Shown here piece after piece: positions 1 to 8,697 of a stretch of DNA of 64,000 nt. Under the pieces are notes generated by a model. That model was given only the letters and a program-made list of their open reading frames with translations, ran no database searches and was not told the DNA's origin. How positions within the stretch are numbered: the first letter of the stretch is position 1; the number at the start of each line of letters is the position of its first letter. The stretch comes from an uncultured Oscillospiraceae bacterium. Lineage in GTDB: Bacteria > Bacillota > Clostridia > Oscillospirales > Ruminococcaceae. The DNA lies in assembly GCA_964370185.1 (NCBI GenBank), contig CAYJIJ010000003.1, forward strand, positions 2,349-66,348, read 5' to 3'. Made by a program: the position numbers and the translations under genes.

Positions 1-1
1 A

Positions 2-1102
2 GTGCCAAAATCCGTACAAGCACGAAGCATTATGCAGTATGTTCACCACACAGCAGAGGAGTTTGAGCGAGAAGTGAAACTGGGGTTTAGCGAGTTTGGT
101 GAGATGACATTTGAAGAATTTGCACTTAAATGGCTGGAACGACAAACGAAATATGCTGTTAGCACAATCAATGGATACAGAAAACTTTTAGAAAAGTGTT
201 ACCCTCATATAGGCTCTATAAAGTTAAATCGGCTAAAACCAATAGCCCTTGAAAATATGCTAAATGAAATCAGAAAGCGCACATATAAAGGTAGAGTGAT
301 AAAAGAAGTCACTGTTCAAAAGCACCTTGTGGCAGTTTCTGCCGTGCTGTCCGATGCCAAGCGTAACGAGATTATACAGCGAAATCCTGCCCATATGCTT
401 GATTTGCCTATACCTGAAAAAGTAGAGCAAGTCATACCGACAGACGGTCAGATATTGGAATTTATGAACTATCTCCTCGAACTGCCTGAGCATTTTAGAT
501 ATTACTATTTTCTTGCAATATATACAGGTTGCCGCCGTGGTGAACTCTGTGCGTTTAAGTGGTCGGATTTTAAAGTGCTTGAGGGCAAGTATACATTAAT
601 AGTTAGTCGCTCTCGTTCCTCACTCCCATATAGCGGTGTGGTGGAAAAAGGCACTAAGAATAATAAAGACAGGCATATACTTCTCAGCCAAGATATTTGG
701 GATATTGTATCAAACTATTATCATTACAAGAAAAAACAGTGCGAGGAACTGGGAATAAAAATGAGCGAATATCTCTTTACCAATGATAAAGGCGAGATGA
801 TTCACCCTGATACATTCAGCAAGACGATACGGAAAATTTATGATGAGTTAGGCTTCTCAAAAGCCTTTCATCTGCATACACTTCGTCATTATTTCGTATC
901 AACAATGCTTCATAATGGTGTGGACAAGCAGACCGTAGCCGAGCTTGCAGGGCATGGCGACACCTCATTTTTGGAGCGAACTTACTGTCACCCACACACC
1001 ATAGCAAAGCAAAAAGCAGCAGTGAGTATGCACAATATACTCTTTGGGGGCACTGCATATATAGATGAAGACGGCAAAGAGCGACCAATTCGCACAGCAT
1101 AA
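2..1102 (+). CDS. Tyrosine recombinase / phage-type integrase (5' end cut by window edge)
   Basis: ORF is open to position 2. Full catalytic signature present: TGCRRGEL (Arg I), HTLRHY (HxxR), AGHGD, RTYCH (Tyr nucleophile). Confidence 0.85.
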   Translation: MPKSVQARSIMQYVHHTAEEFEREVKLGFSEFGEMTFEEFALKWLERQTKYAVSTINGYRKLLEKCYPHIGSIKLNRLKPIALENMLNEIRKRTYKGRVIKEVTVQKHLVAVSAVLSDAKRNEIIQRNPAHMLDLPIPEKVEQVIPTDGQILEFMNYLLELPEHFRYYYFLAIYTGCRRGELCAFKWSDFKVLEGKYTLIVSRSRSSLPYSGVVEKGTKNNKDRHILLSQDIWDIVSNYYHYKKKQCEELGIKMSEYLFTNDKGEMIHPDTFSKTIRKIYDELGFSKAFHLHTLRHYFVSTMLHNGVDKQTVAELAGHGDTSFLERTYCHPHTIAKQKAAVSMHNILFGGTAYIDEDGKERPIRTA

Positions 1103-1212
1103 TTGTTGCTTAAGTAGAATTAGTTTTTTTCAGTAGACATGCTACCTTCTTTGTAGTATTGTGTGTTTGGCTGATAGCACAGTCGGATAAAACTGAGGAG
1201 GAGAGATTGGGA

Positions 1213-2067
1213 ATGTCTAATAAAATTATGGGTTATGATTACAGTGGTAGGAAGATTTTTGTAGCTGAAAAAAACAACACAGAAATAATAACAGTAGCAG
1301 AATTCATACAAAAGTATCGTTATGATATTGGAGAAAATATTAACAACGAGGATATCAAACGAATATGTGAAAGGATTGGAAAGTTAAATATTAGCGAGAT
1401 ATCCCCACACATTTTAGAGAAATTTCATAGGCAAATACAAGTAGAAACAAAGCTAAGTTTCTCAGCAAGGGAGCATTTGCACAGAGTTATTTGTGAGATA
1501 TTTAAAACAGCAGTATCACTGGGGTATCTCAGTATAAACCCAGCTTTCAGAACATTTCGATACGAGAAAAAGATAGTAGGTGATGTGAAAAAGGTGGATG
1601 TAAGTGAGATAAAGACCCTTGTAAAATGCCTTGAACAAGAACTACCCAATCATAAACTTTACTACTCGCTGATAATTGCTACAGGCTTGAAGCGTACTGA
1701 AATTGTAAATCTTAGGTGGGAAGATGTAAACCTTCGCAAAAGGCAGATTAAAGGAATATCTCTCAGCAAAAATATTATCGCACAACTTAATACAATGAAA
1801 AAAGATGATGGATATATCTTCACCGGAGTTTATGGTGATGTAATGTGTCCATCATCTTTTACATATAGGCTGAATTTAATCAGAAAAAAGCATGGTCTTA
1901 AAGGCATAAACATGCACAAGATTTATAACACTGTAAATGAAATGCTAAAAATAATGTCCCATAAGGAAATGCAGAGAAAGGTTGGGTTAGTCACTGCTAC
2001 TGCTGAATTTGGTGTTAAGATAACGCAGGATTTTTTAAATCAGACAAGGCAGGAGGAGGGCGAATAA
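1213..2067 (+). CDS. Tyrosine-recombinase-like protein, catalytically degenerate
   Basis: GAGGAGGA RBS about 10 nt before ATG 1213. Integrase-like core-binding segment (LGYLSINPA) and Arg I box (ATGLKRTEIVNLRWEDV). Box II reads MHKIYN (Arg replaced by Tyr), and no LGH...Y nucleophile segment is present. Confidence 0.6.
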   Translation: MSNKIMGYDYSGRKIFVAEKNNTEIITVAEFIQKYRYDIGENINNEDIKRICERIGKLNISEISPHILEKFHRQIQVETKLSFSAREHLHRVICEIFKTAVSLGYLSINPAFRTFRYEKKIVGDVKKVDVSEIKTLVKCLEQELPNHKLYYSLIIATGLKRTEIVNLRWEDVNLRKRQIKGISLSKNIIAQLNTMKKDDGYIFTGVYGDVMCPSSFTYRLNLIRKKHGLKGINMHKIYNTVNEMLKIMSHKEMQRKVGLVTATAEFGVKITQDFLNQTRQEEGE

Positions 2068-2154
2068 CAAAGCTATTTAACCGACGAATAACACCGTATG
2101 ATTGAAAAAAAGGCAAGTTAGAAAACACAAAATTTAGTAGGAGGAGTGACCACA

Positions 2155-3330
2155 ATGGCAAGCATCAGACAGAGGGGGAACAGCTATTTAATAGTAGTGT
2201 CAAAAGGCTATGACTACACAGGAACAAGGAGAATGTCACAGCAGAAAACAGTCAAGCCACCAGAGGGTTTAACTAAAAAGCAAACTGAAAAATGGCTAAA
2301 TGAGCAGGCAGTTTTATTTGAGAAAGAGGTTAAAAACCTACCTGTAACCACAAATAAAAACATAACCTTAGCCCAGTATATAGAGATATGGCGAGTAGAT
2401 GTAGCGCCACAAAAATTAGCTAAGTCCACAATACACCGAGCAGAATCTGATATAAAAAGAATACTGCCACACCTTGGGCATTATAAACTCCGTGATTTGA
2501 AAAGCGAACATTTCAGAAATTTCTATAATCTTATGCGAAAAGAGAAGAATATACGAACTGGCGGTGTTATATCGGAAAGCAGTGTCGAAGGCATACACGG
2601 GGTAATATGCAGTATACTTAGTTCGGCAATGGAACAGGATTACATAAGCCACAACCCAGCGTGGCGTACCTACAAACCACACGGGCAAATGAGAGAAAAA
2701 GTTATCGCAGACGAAGAAACAATACAAAAAATACTCTCAGCTTTGGAAGGTGAGAGTATAAAATATGAGGTGTATTTTAAGATAATCATAGCCACAGGCA
2801 TACGCCGTGGTGAATGCACAGGGCTAATATGGGGAGATATAAATTGGGCTGATAACTCAATACATATTAGGAGAAACGCTGTAAAAGTTGAGGGGGAAGA
2901 AATATTTACCAAAGATACCAAAACAAAAAGTGGTAATAGGTATGTGTATTTTTCGGATACACTAAGTAGTCTGCTAAGGGAGTACAAAGAGTTTTGTACA
3001 GAGCATATGAAGATCTATGAGGGGCGAGAAATAAGTAGTGACACCTACTTATTTAGGCAAGAGGGTAAAGACTTGCCAATGTTACCAGACACATTCTCAA
3101 GTAGATTTAAAAAGATACTTAGAAAGCACAATCTATCCACCAACCTAAATGTACACAGTCTTCGCCACAGTGTAGCAAGTGTGCTTATTGGCAAGGGCGC
3201 AGATGTGGCGACGGTGTCAAGTTTGCTTGGTCACGCACAGGTTAGCACTACGCTTGATATTTACACCCATGCATTTGATAAGAATAGGAAGAAGGCGGCG
3301 AGGGTGCTTCATGAGGGGCTTAGGGTGTAA
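2155..3330 (+). CDS. Tyrosine recombinase / site-specific integrase
   Basis: GGAGGA RBS before ATG 2155. N-terminus MASIRQRGNSY is typical of phage integrases. Motifs ATGIRRGE, HSLRHS and LGHAQVSTTLDIYTH are present. Confidence 0.9.
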   Translation: MASIRQRGNSYLIVVSKGYDYTGTRRMSQQKTVKPPEGLTKKQTEKWLNEQAVLFEKEVKNLPVTTNKNITLAQYIEIWRVDVAPQKLAKSTIHRAESDIKRILPHLGHYKLRDLKSEHFRNFYNLMRKEKNIRTGGVISESSVEGIHGVICSILSSAMEQDYISHNPAWRTYKPHGQMREKVIADEETIQKILSALEGESIKYEVYFKIIIATGIRRGECTGLIWGDINWADNSIHIRRNAVKVEGEEIFTKDTKTKSGNRYVYFSDTLSSLLREYKEFCTEHMKIYEGREISSDTYLFRQEGKDLPMLPDTFSSRFKKILRKHNLSTNLNVHSLRHSVASVLIGKGADVATVSSLLGHAQVSTTLDIYTHAFDKNRKKAARVLHEGLRV

Positions 3331-3537
3331 AAAAATTAAATTTAAAAATCTCTCGTTGGGTAAAGGTGAGAGACTTTTGGTATGTGGTACTTATGCCAAT
3401 ATGAAATACTGCTTTTAATCTTATACGCTCAGCAAAATAAAGATGTTAACAAAATTCACCCCCTTGAATTGTTACAGAGGATTTTAAATCCTTAGTATAT
3501 TTATTTGCTATTCAATGGCAAGAACTTAAGTAAACTA

Positions 3538-3582
3538 CCCCGTATACCTTTCTCCTTCGTGGGCAGAGAAAGGTATACGGGG
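3538..3582. repeat. Perfect 17-bp inverted repeat (stem-loop) with 11-nt loop
   Basis: ccccgtatacctttctc (3538-3554) pairs with gagaaaggtatacgggg (3566-3582). No U-tract on either strand. Confidence 0.9.
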
Positions 3583-3597
3583 TAATATTAGGAGGCT

Positions 3598-3627
3598 AAA
3601 TTTGCCCACATTGGTTGGCAATTTAAA
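3598..3627. repeat. REP-like hairpin, copy i of a dispersed family (AAATTTGCC-N-GGCAATTTAAA)
   Basis: aaatttgcc cacattggtt ggcaatttaaa, preceded by ggaggctaaa. The outer arms match the copies at 52697-52737 and 56369-56439. Confidence 0.6.
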
Positions 3628-3672
3628 GTGATTGATAAAAATAATCACACATAAGATTATTATCACTAAATT

Positions 3673-4308
3673 TTATATTGTAAGTAATTCAAACGCTTTA
3701 TCTGCGGCGCTGGCGGCATCCACCGTGTAATAATCGGCACCAATATCACTGCAAAACTTCTGTGTTACAGGTGCTCCGCCTATCATGATTTTTATCTTTT
3801 TCCTAAGCCCCGCTTCTTCAAATTTTTTCACTATAATATCCAACTCGTTTAGGGTAGTTGTGAGCAGTGCTGAGCAAAGCACTATTTTGCAGTTTTCTTT
3901 GACCGCCGTTTCAAGAAATTTATCGGGATGAACATCGGTGCCAATATCAACTACCTCTATCCCCTTGCCCTCAAGCATCATCTTAACAAGATTTTTCCCT
4001 ATGTCATGCAAATCCCCTCGGACAGTGCCTATACACACCTTGCCGATATTATCGGTGCTGTTTTCTTGCAGGAGGGGTTTAAGCAATGTCATCCCAACAT
4101 TCATTGCCCTTGCGGCTACTAAAACTTCCGGCACAAACACCTCGTCGTCTTTAAACTTTCCACCGATAATATCCATTCCTACAAGCAATCCATTTTCAAG
4201 TATTTCCTTTGCGGAAAATCCATCGTTAATCGCTTTTTGCACAAGCTCTTTTATTTTTTTAGCCTTGCCATATTGTATATGTTCAGAAATTTCATTCATT
4301 ATATTCAT
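3673..4308 (-). CDS. Cobalamin-binding corrinoid protein of a methyltransferase system (MtbC/MttC/MtgC-like)
   Basis: 211 aa with an N-terminal helical cap plus a B12-binding Rossmann domain. Carries the DxHxxG ligand motif (GDLHDIGKN). AAGGAG RBS upstream. Confidence 0.85.
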   Translation of the reverse strand: MNIMNEISEHIQYGKAKKIKELVQKAINDGFSAKEILENGLLVGMDIIGGKFKDDEVFVPEVLVAARAMNVGMTLLKPLLQENSTDNIGKVCIGTVRGDLHDIGKNLVKMMLEGKGIEVVDIGTDVHPDKFLETAVKENCKIVLCSALLTTTLNELDIIVKKFEEAGLRKKIKIMIGGAPVTQKFCSDIGADYYTVDAASAADKAFELLTI

Positions 4309-4386
4309 TAAGTGTTTTGCTCCTTAGTTTAATCGGCACATGTCTATATTATTTTAATACAAATATGTAAATTGTGCAATTCGGCA

Positions 4387-4415
4387 TTGTATTTTTATCT
4401 GTCAATATGTATAAT
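4387..4415 (+). promoter_or_regulatory. Predicted sigma-70-type promoter for the AraC-family gene
   Basis: TTGTAT (4387-4392), 17-nt spacer, TATAAT (4410-4415), about 70 nt upstream of ATG 4486. Confidence 0.4.
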
Positions 4416-4485
4416 TAATTCAAAGAAGTGATAAGTATTAATGCTGTTGTATCATCACAACATATAAAGCAAGGAATAGAATTTT

Positions 4486-5784
4486 ATGAACACTAAACAC
4501 AAATACAATGATAACTTTTCCGAGTCGCTAATAATTGACTGCGCACGCTCATTCTATAATTCTACTTCACTCCCTTGTACCGTCTCAACGGACACAGGAG
4601 AAATCATTGCAGAATTTGGATATGGGGTTAAAACTTGTAATATTTGCGAAATTGCAAAAATTGGGAAAAATAAATGCCAACGCTCGCATATCTACGCCGC
4701 TTCAGAAGCCACTCGATTTGGTGGTAAGTATATATATCTTTGTTTATCGCAACTCACTTTCTTCGCCTCACCGATTATTGATGATTTTGAAAACAAGGCT
4801 AAAATTACCGTAGGCCCATTTTTAATGGTGGAAGTAGATGATTATACCGAAATAACATTGTGCGATGAACTCTCTCTTGAAAATGATAAAATCGAACAGA
4901 TTAAATCTATTCTTAGGGATGTGCCATATGTTTCTCCGGATAAAATCCGCTATTTGTCAAATTTATTGTTCATGGCGGTGGGCTTTATCAACAATATCAC
5001 AGATTCACATAAAATGCTGGAGCTTCGCAACCAAAATACCCTTGAAGAAAAATCTTCGGTATATATACATGAACTTAAAAGCAGAGATATTAATTTATAT
5101 CCTTTCGATGTCGAAGAGAAATTGCTTGACTCCATCATAGAGTCAAATCATACCAATATAGAAAAATATCTAAATGAAATTTTAGGGCATATTTTCCTCG
5201 CTTCTGGTGGGAATTTGTCCATAGCAAGCTCTATGATAATTGAGCTCTTATCACTTGTTTCTCGTGCCGCCACCAAGGTAGGTGCAGATTCTGCCGCCTG
5301 CATTATGCTCACTCATGACTATTTACAGAAATGCACCAATATTTCCTCTATGGAGGGACTGACCGCCTGTCTTTTAGACATTATCACTAATTTTACCAAC
5401 AATGCAATCCTCTCAACCTCTGTCGGTTATTCACTTCCCATACAGCGAGCCCTCAGGTATGTCCATACACATTATTCCGAAAAAATCACCCTAAAAAGCA
5501 TATCTGAAATGGTATATCTATCTCCCGATTATTTTGGCAAAATATTTAAAAAGGAAATCGGGGTTGGATTTAATAAATATCTCAATGATTTAAGGATAGA
5601 GCGCTGTCGATTACTGCTCCGTGACCCCTCTGTAAAATTTGCAAAAATTTCGCTAATAGTAGGATTTGAAGATCAGAGCTATTTTACCAAAGTGTTTAAA
5701 AAACAAACGGGAATGACCCCTTTGCAGTACCGAAAGAAGCACCAAGCTTCCGATTCTTCGCCATATCGTGCGTTTGAGACTTAA
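4486..5784 (+). CDS. AraC-family transcriptional regulator with N-terminal PocR-type sensor domain
   Basis: N-terminal Cys/His-rich PocR-like region (CNICEIAKIGKNKCQRSH...YLCLSQLTFFASPI). C-terminal double HTH (ISEMVYLSPDYFGKIFKKE...GFEDQSYFTKVFKKQTGMTPLQYR). Confidence 0.8.
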   Translation: MNTKHKYNDNFSESLIIDCARSFYNSTSLPCTVSTDTGEIIAEFGYGVKTCNICEIAKIGKNKCQRSHIYAASEATRFGGKYIYLCLSQLTFFASPIIDDFENKAKITVGPFLMVEVDDYTEITLCDELSLENDKIEQIKSILRDVPYVSPDKIRYLSNLLFMAVGFINNITDSHKMLELRNQNTLEEKSSVYIHELKSRDINLYPFDVEEKLLDSIIESNHTNIEKYLNEILGHIFLASGGNLSIASSMIIELLSLVSRAATKVGADSAACIMLTHDYLQKCTNISSMEGLTACLLDIITNFTNNAILSTSVGYSLPIQRALRYVHTHYSEKITLKSISEMVYLSPDYFGKIFKKEIGVGFNKYLNDLRIERCRLLLRDPSVKFAKISLIVGFEDQSYFTKVFKKQTGMTPLQYRKKHQASDSSPYRAFET

Positions 5785-5791
5785 AGCCCAT

Positions 5792-7141
5792 TTAGTTATT
5801 ATTTTGTAATAATACTGCATTAATCAATTCAATAATTTCTTCAATTGGTTCTTGCATATTGGCATCGGACAGTCTTTTGATAATCTCATCAATAGCCTCC
5901 GATGGCATATGTCTGTCACAAAGCATATGAAATTTTTCTTTTACCCAATTAATATCTACTGCTGTGTTGGGGTCTCCGAGTGGCTCAAAAGATTCCGAAG
6001 CGTATAATTCGCCGTTTTTGGTGCTTATAGTCACTGAGGCTAAACGCTTTGCAGGAAAATTAGCTTCAAATTCAGGATTTACACAAAACTCTACACATTC
6101 CATAAGCTTCATGGTTTCCGGATTTGTTCGCATGTAATTTTCTCCTACTTCAATACCGGTAAAGTGCCCCTCTATTAGAGTTGCACAAACAGGATAAGCC
6201 ATACTGTATTGTGCCTCGTCACTCGTAGTAGGTATGTCTGTGGATAGCTTTGTAGCTGCTTCAAATGTATGGATAAGTATTTTATTGATGTCTGATACTG
6301 CTATTTTGTGTTTTTTTTGGATGTCCATCACTGCTAATATTGCAGGCTGTGCCCATCTGCAACAAGGAAACCACTTATAGTTTAGCTTTAAAGTTTCCCA
6401 CTCATTTCCGAGTGTGTTCAAAAGATAGTTATATTTTTCATCACCTAAAATATAATTTTTACCCGTCATACCATTCAGAGCCGCTTCTACGGATAATGCA
6501 CCGATAATTATGCCAAGTTGAACGCCATCTTTGTTCATTGAAGGCGCCTCCACATTGCGCATGACAGGTGTTAGAGGGCCATGGAAATCAGCTATTGCTA
6601 AAGCAGAGGACAATGTATCCTTGTCTAAGTTTAACAGTTTGCCCATGCCGGCAGCAATTCCAATAGTTCCCCATGAGCCACTTCCATGATAAAAATTGTA
6701 ATAGTCTTGCATTGCGATTCCATGCCGTATTGACACTTCATATGCGACAACCATCGCTTCCAAAAATTCTCTATATGACGATTTATTTGCAATGGCACAC
6801 GGAAGTAATGCGCCAAAGATAACAGCTCCCGGATGTCCTTTCAAAATACTATATCCATCATCCGCATCCAGTGCATTAATACAATACGCATGTGCAGTAA
6901 TTGCCCCAATCATATTGAAAGTTTCTTCATGCCCAACAATAGGAATACTCCCATCTCGAAACAGTTTTCCTCCCATTGCAAACCCACATTCAGAAGAAAG
7001 TGTTTGCGAACCACTAACAAGACAATTGAAATGATCCACAACACTTATAATAACTCTTTGTTTTACTTCATCAGGTATATTTTCCCATTTTGAACTAATT
7101 ATAAAATCCTCCAATGAGTTTTGAATACTATTTATTCCCAT
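5792..7141 (-). CDS. MmgE/PrpD-family protein, paralogue A
   Basis: 449 aa from ATG 7141 (GGAGG 8 nt upstream). I rejected the longer TTG start at 7186. Shares blocks NALDADDG, KGHPGAV, FYHGSGSWG, PSMNKDGV, FPCCRWA and PTTSDEAQY with paralogue B. Confidence 0.8.
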   Translation of the reverse strand: MGINSIQNSLEDFIISSKWENIPDEVKQRVIISVVDHFNCLVSGSQTLSSECGFAMGGKLFRDGSIPIVGHEETFNMIGAITAHAYCINALDADDGYSILKGHPGAVIFGALLPCAIANKSSYREFLEAMVVAYEVSIRHGIAMQDYYNFYHGSGSWGTIGIAAGMGKLLNLDKDTLSSALAIADFHGPLTPVMRNVEAPSMNKDGVQLGIIIGALSVEAALNGMTGKNYILGDEKYNYLLNTLGNEWETLKLNYKWFPCCRWAQPAILAVMDIQKKHKIAVSDINKILIHTFEAATKLSTDIPTTSDEAQYSMAYPVCATLIEGHFTGIEVGENYMRTNPETMKLMECVEFCVNPEFEANFPAKRLASVTISTKNGELYASESFEPLGDPNTAVDINWVKEKFHMLCDRHMPSEAIDEIIKRLSDANMQEPIEEIIELINAVLLQNNN

Positions 7142-7180
7142 TATTAAAACCTCCGAAATCATATCTGCATAAATAACACT

Positions 7181-7229
7181 AACCAAACGGAAGCAAGCAC
7201 ATCTAATTCTTGTTTCCGTTTGGTTTTTT
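7181..7229 (+). terminator. Stem-loop plus T-run, oriented as a plus-strand terminator, in the mttB-prpD(A) intercistronic gap
   Basis: aaccaaacggaa (7181-7192) pairs with ttccgtttggtt (7214-7225), followed by tttt. On the coding (minus) strand there is no U-tract. Confidence 0.35.
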
Positions 7230-7239
7230 AAGATTAGAA

Positions 7240-8655
7240 TTATCGTTGTTCAGCAAGTTTAATTGCTTCTATTGGCACACCATTAGACAGAAGGACTTCT
7301 CGCACTTTTTCAACTCTTTCCGAATCAAGTTCATGTTGGTTGTAATTGCTAATTGCTTTATTAATATAGTCGGTTATATTATCACTTAACTGTGTTGTAG
7401 GTTTTTCAGTAACACCGCGTACACCGATTATAGGAGTATAGAGCTCATCTCTAAAATTCTCTAAAGTGTGATCTTCCACTAAATAAACGCCTCCGGCACC
7501 CAGTTCGTCAATTAAATCCTCTGCGAGAGTTTCTTCATTAAATACAGGCTCTCTCATCATACGTTTTATATAATTGAGAATTTCGAAATCTCCTATCATT
7601 TTCTCAAATGAAAATGACCCAAAACCACTTACTATACCACAACCTTGCAGTACAAGGCTAATATTATTCTGAAATGCAGTTGAAAGCACCATCATAGTTT
7701 CATATCCTGCCTGCATATCTGCAACTTTTGCATCGGTTATACCACCGCCGCCTCTGCTTGGAAGTCCATAAAATTTCCCCATAAGTGCACAATGTTTATA
7801 ACATATTGCACTCTCAGGTGAGCCTATTGCAATAGCACCTGATCGCATATCTGCACCTGTAGACTGCATTCCGTACAAGACCGGAGTTCCGGGTCTAACC
7901 ATTTGTGCAAATGCAATTCCTGCCAATATTTCTGCATTAGCAAGTGCCATAGTACCTGCTAATGTGACAGGAGATGTAACTCCGGTCATACCTACCGATG
8001 AAACGGCAAATGGTTGTCCGTATTTTGCATATGTAATAAGTGTTTCAAGCATTGCATCATCGTATTGAAGTGGAGTAATCGGATTAACGGGGCAGACAAT
8101 ACGAGGTTTTTCAATAATATTCTCATAACCGCCGTAGTACGCAGCCAATATATCCATGAGCATTTGCACTACTTTATATCGCCCTGTTCCTGCATAAATA
8201 CACTTTTCGGAGTACAGCAAGGTAGCATAAAGCATGAGTGCAACTGAATGTTCAGGGGGGACATCGCTCGGATGCACTATTTTTCCTCCTGAAATTTTAA
8301 ATTCAGGATTGTATTCCAAAATTTTTATTGCTCTAATATAATCTTCCATTGTTCCGTCCACAACTGCTCCGTTAGGTTTAGTTATGGAGGGGCTTCCACT
8401 ACCGGGAGCAATAGCGGTTTCACCTCCGCCTATTTCAACATTATATTTTGGATTTTGTGCATACATCGTAAATTTTGAAGGGGCTTTCCTTACAAAATTC
8501 ATAACCTGCTCTTCGGTGAAATATGCGGTTTCGCCTTCAACACGAATCCCGTTGTCTTTGAGTATTTCTATTGCATCAGGGTGGTGAAACTGTATGCCTG
8601 TTCGTGCAAGGATACGCATAGCAGCATCGTGAATAATTTGTAGTTTATCTTGCAT
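7240..8655 (-). CDS. MttB-superfamily (trimethylamine methyltransferase family) protein, non-pyrrolysine type
   Basis: 471 aa. The N-terminus MQDKLQIIHDAAMRILARTGIQFHHPDAIEILKDNGIRVEGETAYFTEEQV is typical of the MttB family. The ORF is uninterrupted, with no in-frame TAG. Confidence 0.85.
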   Translation of the reverse strand: MQDKLQIIHDAAMRILARTGIQFHHPDAIEILKDNGIRVEGETAYFTEEQVMNFVRKAPSKFTMYAQNPKYNVEIGGGETAIAPGSGSPSITKPNGAVVDGTMEDYIRAIKILEYNPEFKISGGKIVHPSDVPPEHSVALMLYATLLYSEKCIYAGTGRYKVVQMLMDILAAYYGGYENIIEKPRIVCPVNPITPLQYDDAMLETLITYAKYGQPFAVSSVGMTGVTSPVTLAGTMALANAEILAGIAFAQMVRPGTPVLYGMQSTGADMRSGAIAIGSPESAICYKHCALMGKFYGLPSRGGGGITDAKVADMQAGYETMMVLSTAFQNNISLVLQGCGIVSGFGSFSFEKMIGDFEILNYIKRMMREPVFNEETLAEDLIDELGAGGVYLVEDHTLENFRDELYTPIIGVRGVTEKPTTQLSDNITDYINKAISNYNQHELDSERVEKVREVLLSNGVPIEAIKLAEQR

Positions 8656-8697
8656 AAAATATTCTCCTCTTTATTACTGTGCAAAAAGCATTGCTTG

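Larger units (their letters stand above)
1..3330 (+). mobile_element. Integrase module: three co-oriented tyrosine-recombinase-family genes; the rest of the element, if any, lies left of the window
   Basis: Three consecutive + strand ORFs with phage-integrase motifs, spaced 87-110 nt apart, followed by structured non-coding DNA (3331-3672). Confidence 0.6.

Noticed and set aside
1-3330. Classification as a canonical recombinase-in-trio (RIT) element or Tn554-type tnpABC
   Set aside because: The genes are separated by 87-110 nt rather than overlapping. The sizes do not match TnpA/B/C. The middle protein lacks catalytic residues. The left end is outside the window, so no boundaries can be examined.
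4309-4485. Cobalamin riboswitch in front of the corrinoid protein gene
   Set aside because: The spacer is only 177 bp and is shared with the divergent AraC promoter. It is extremely AT-rich and lacks a B12-box-like GCCACTG core.
7240-8655. Pyrrolysine-dependent trimethylamine methyltransferase
   Set aside because: The ORF has no in-frame amber codon, and no pyl genes are nearby. It belongs to the non-Pyl branch of the MttB superfamily, so TMA is unlikely to be the substrate.
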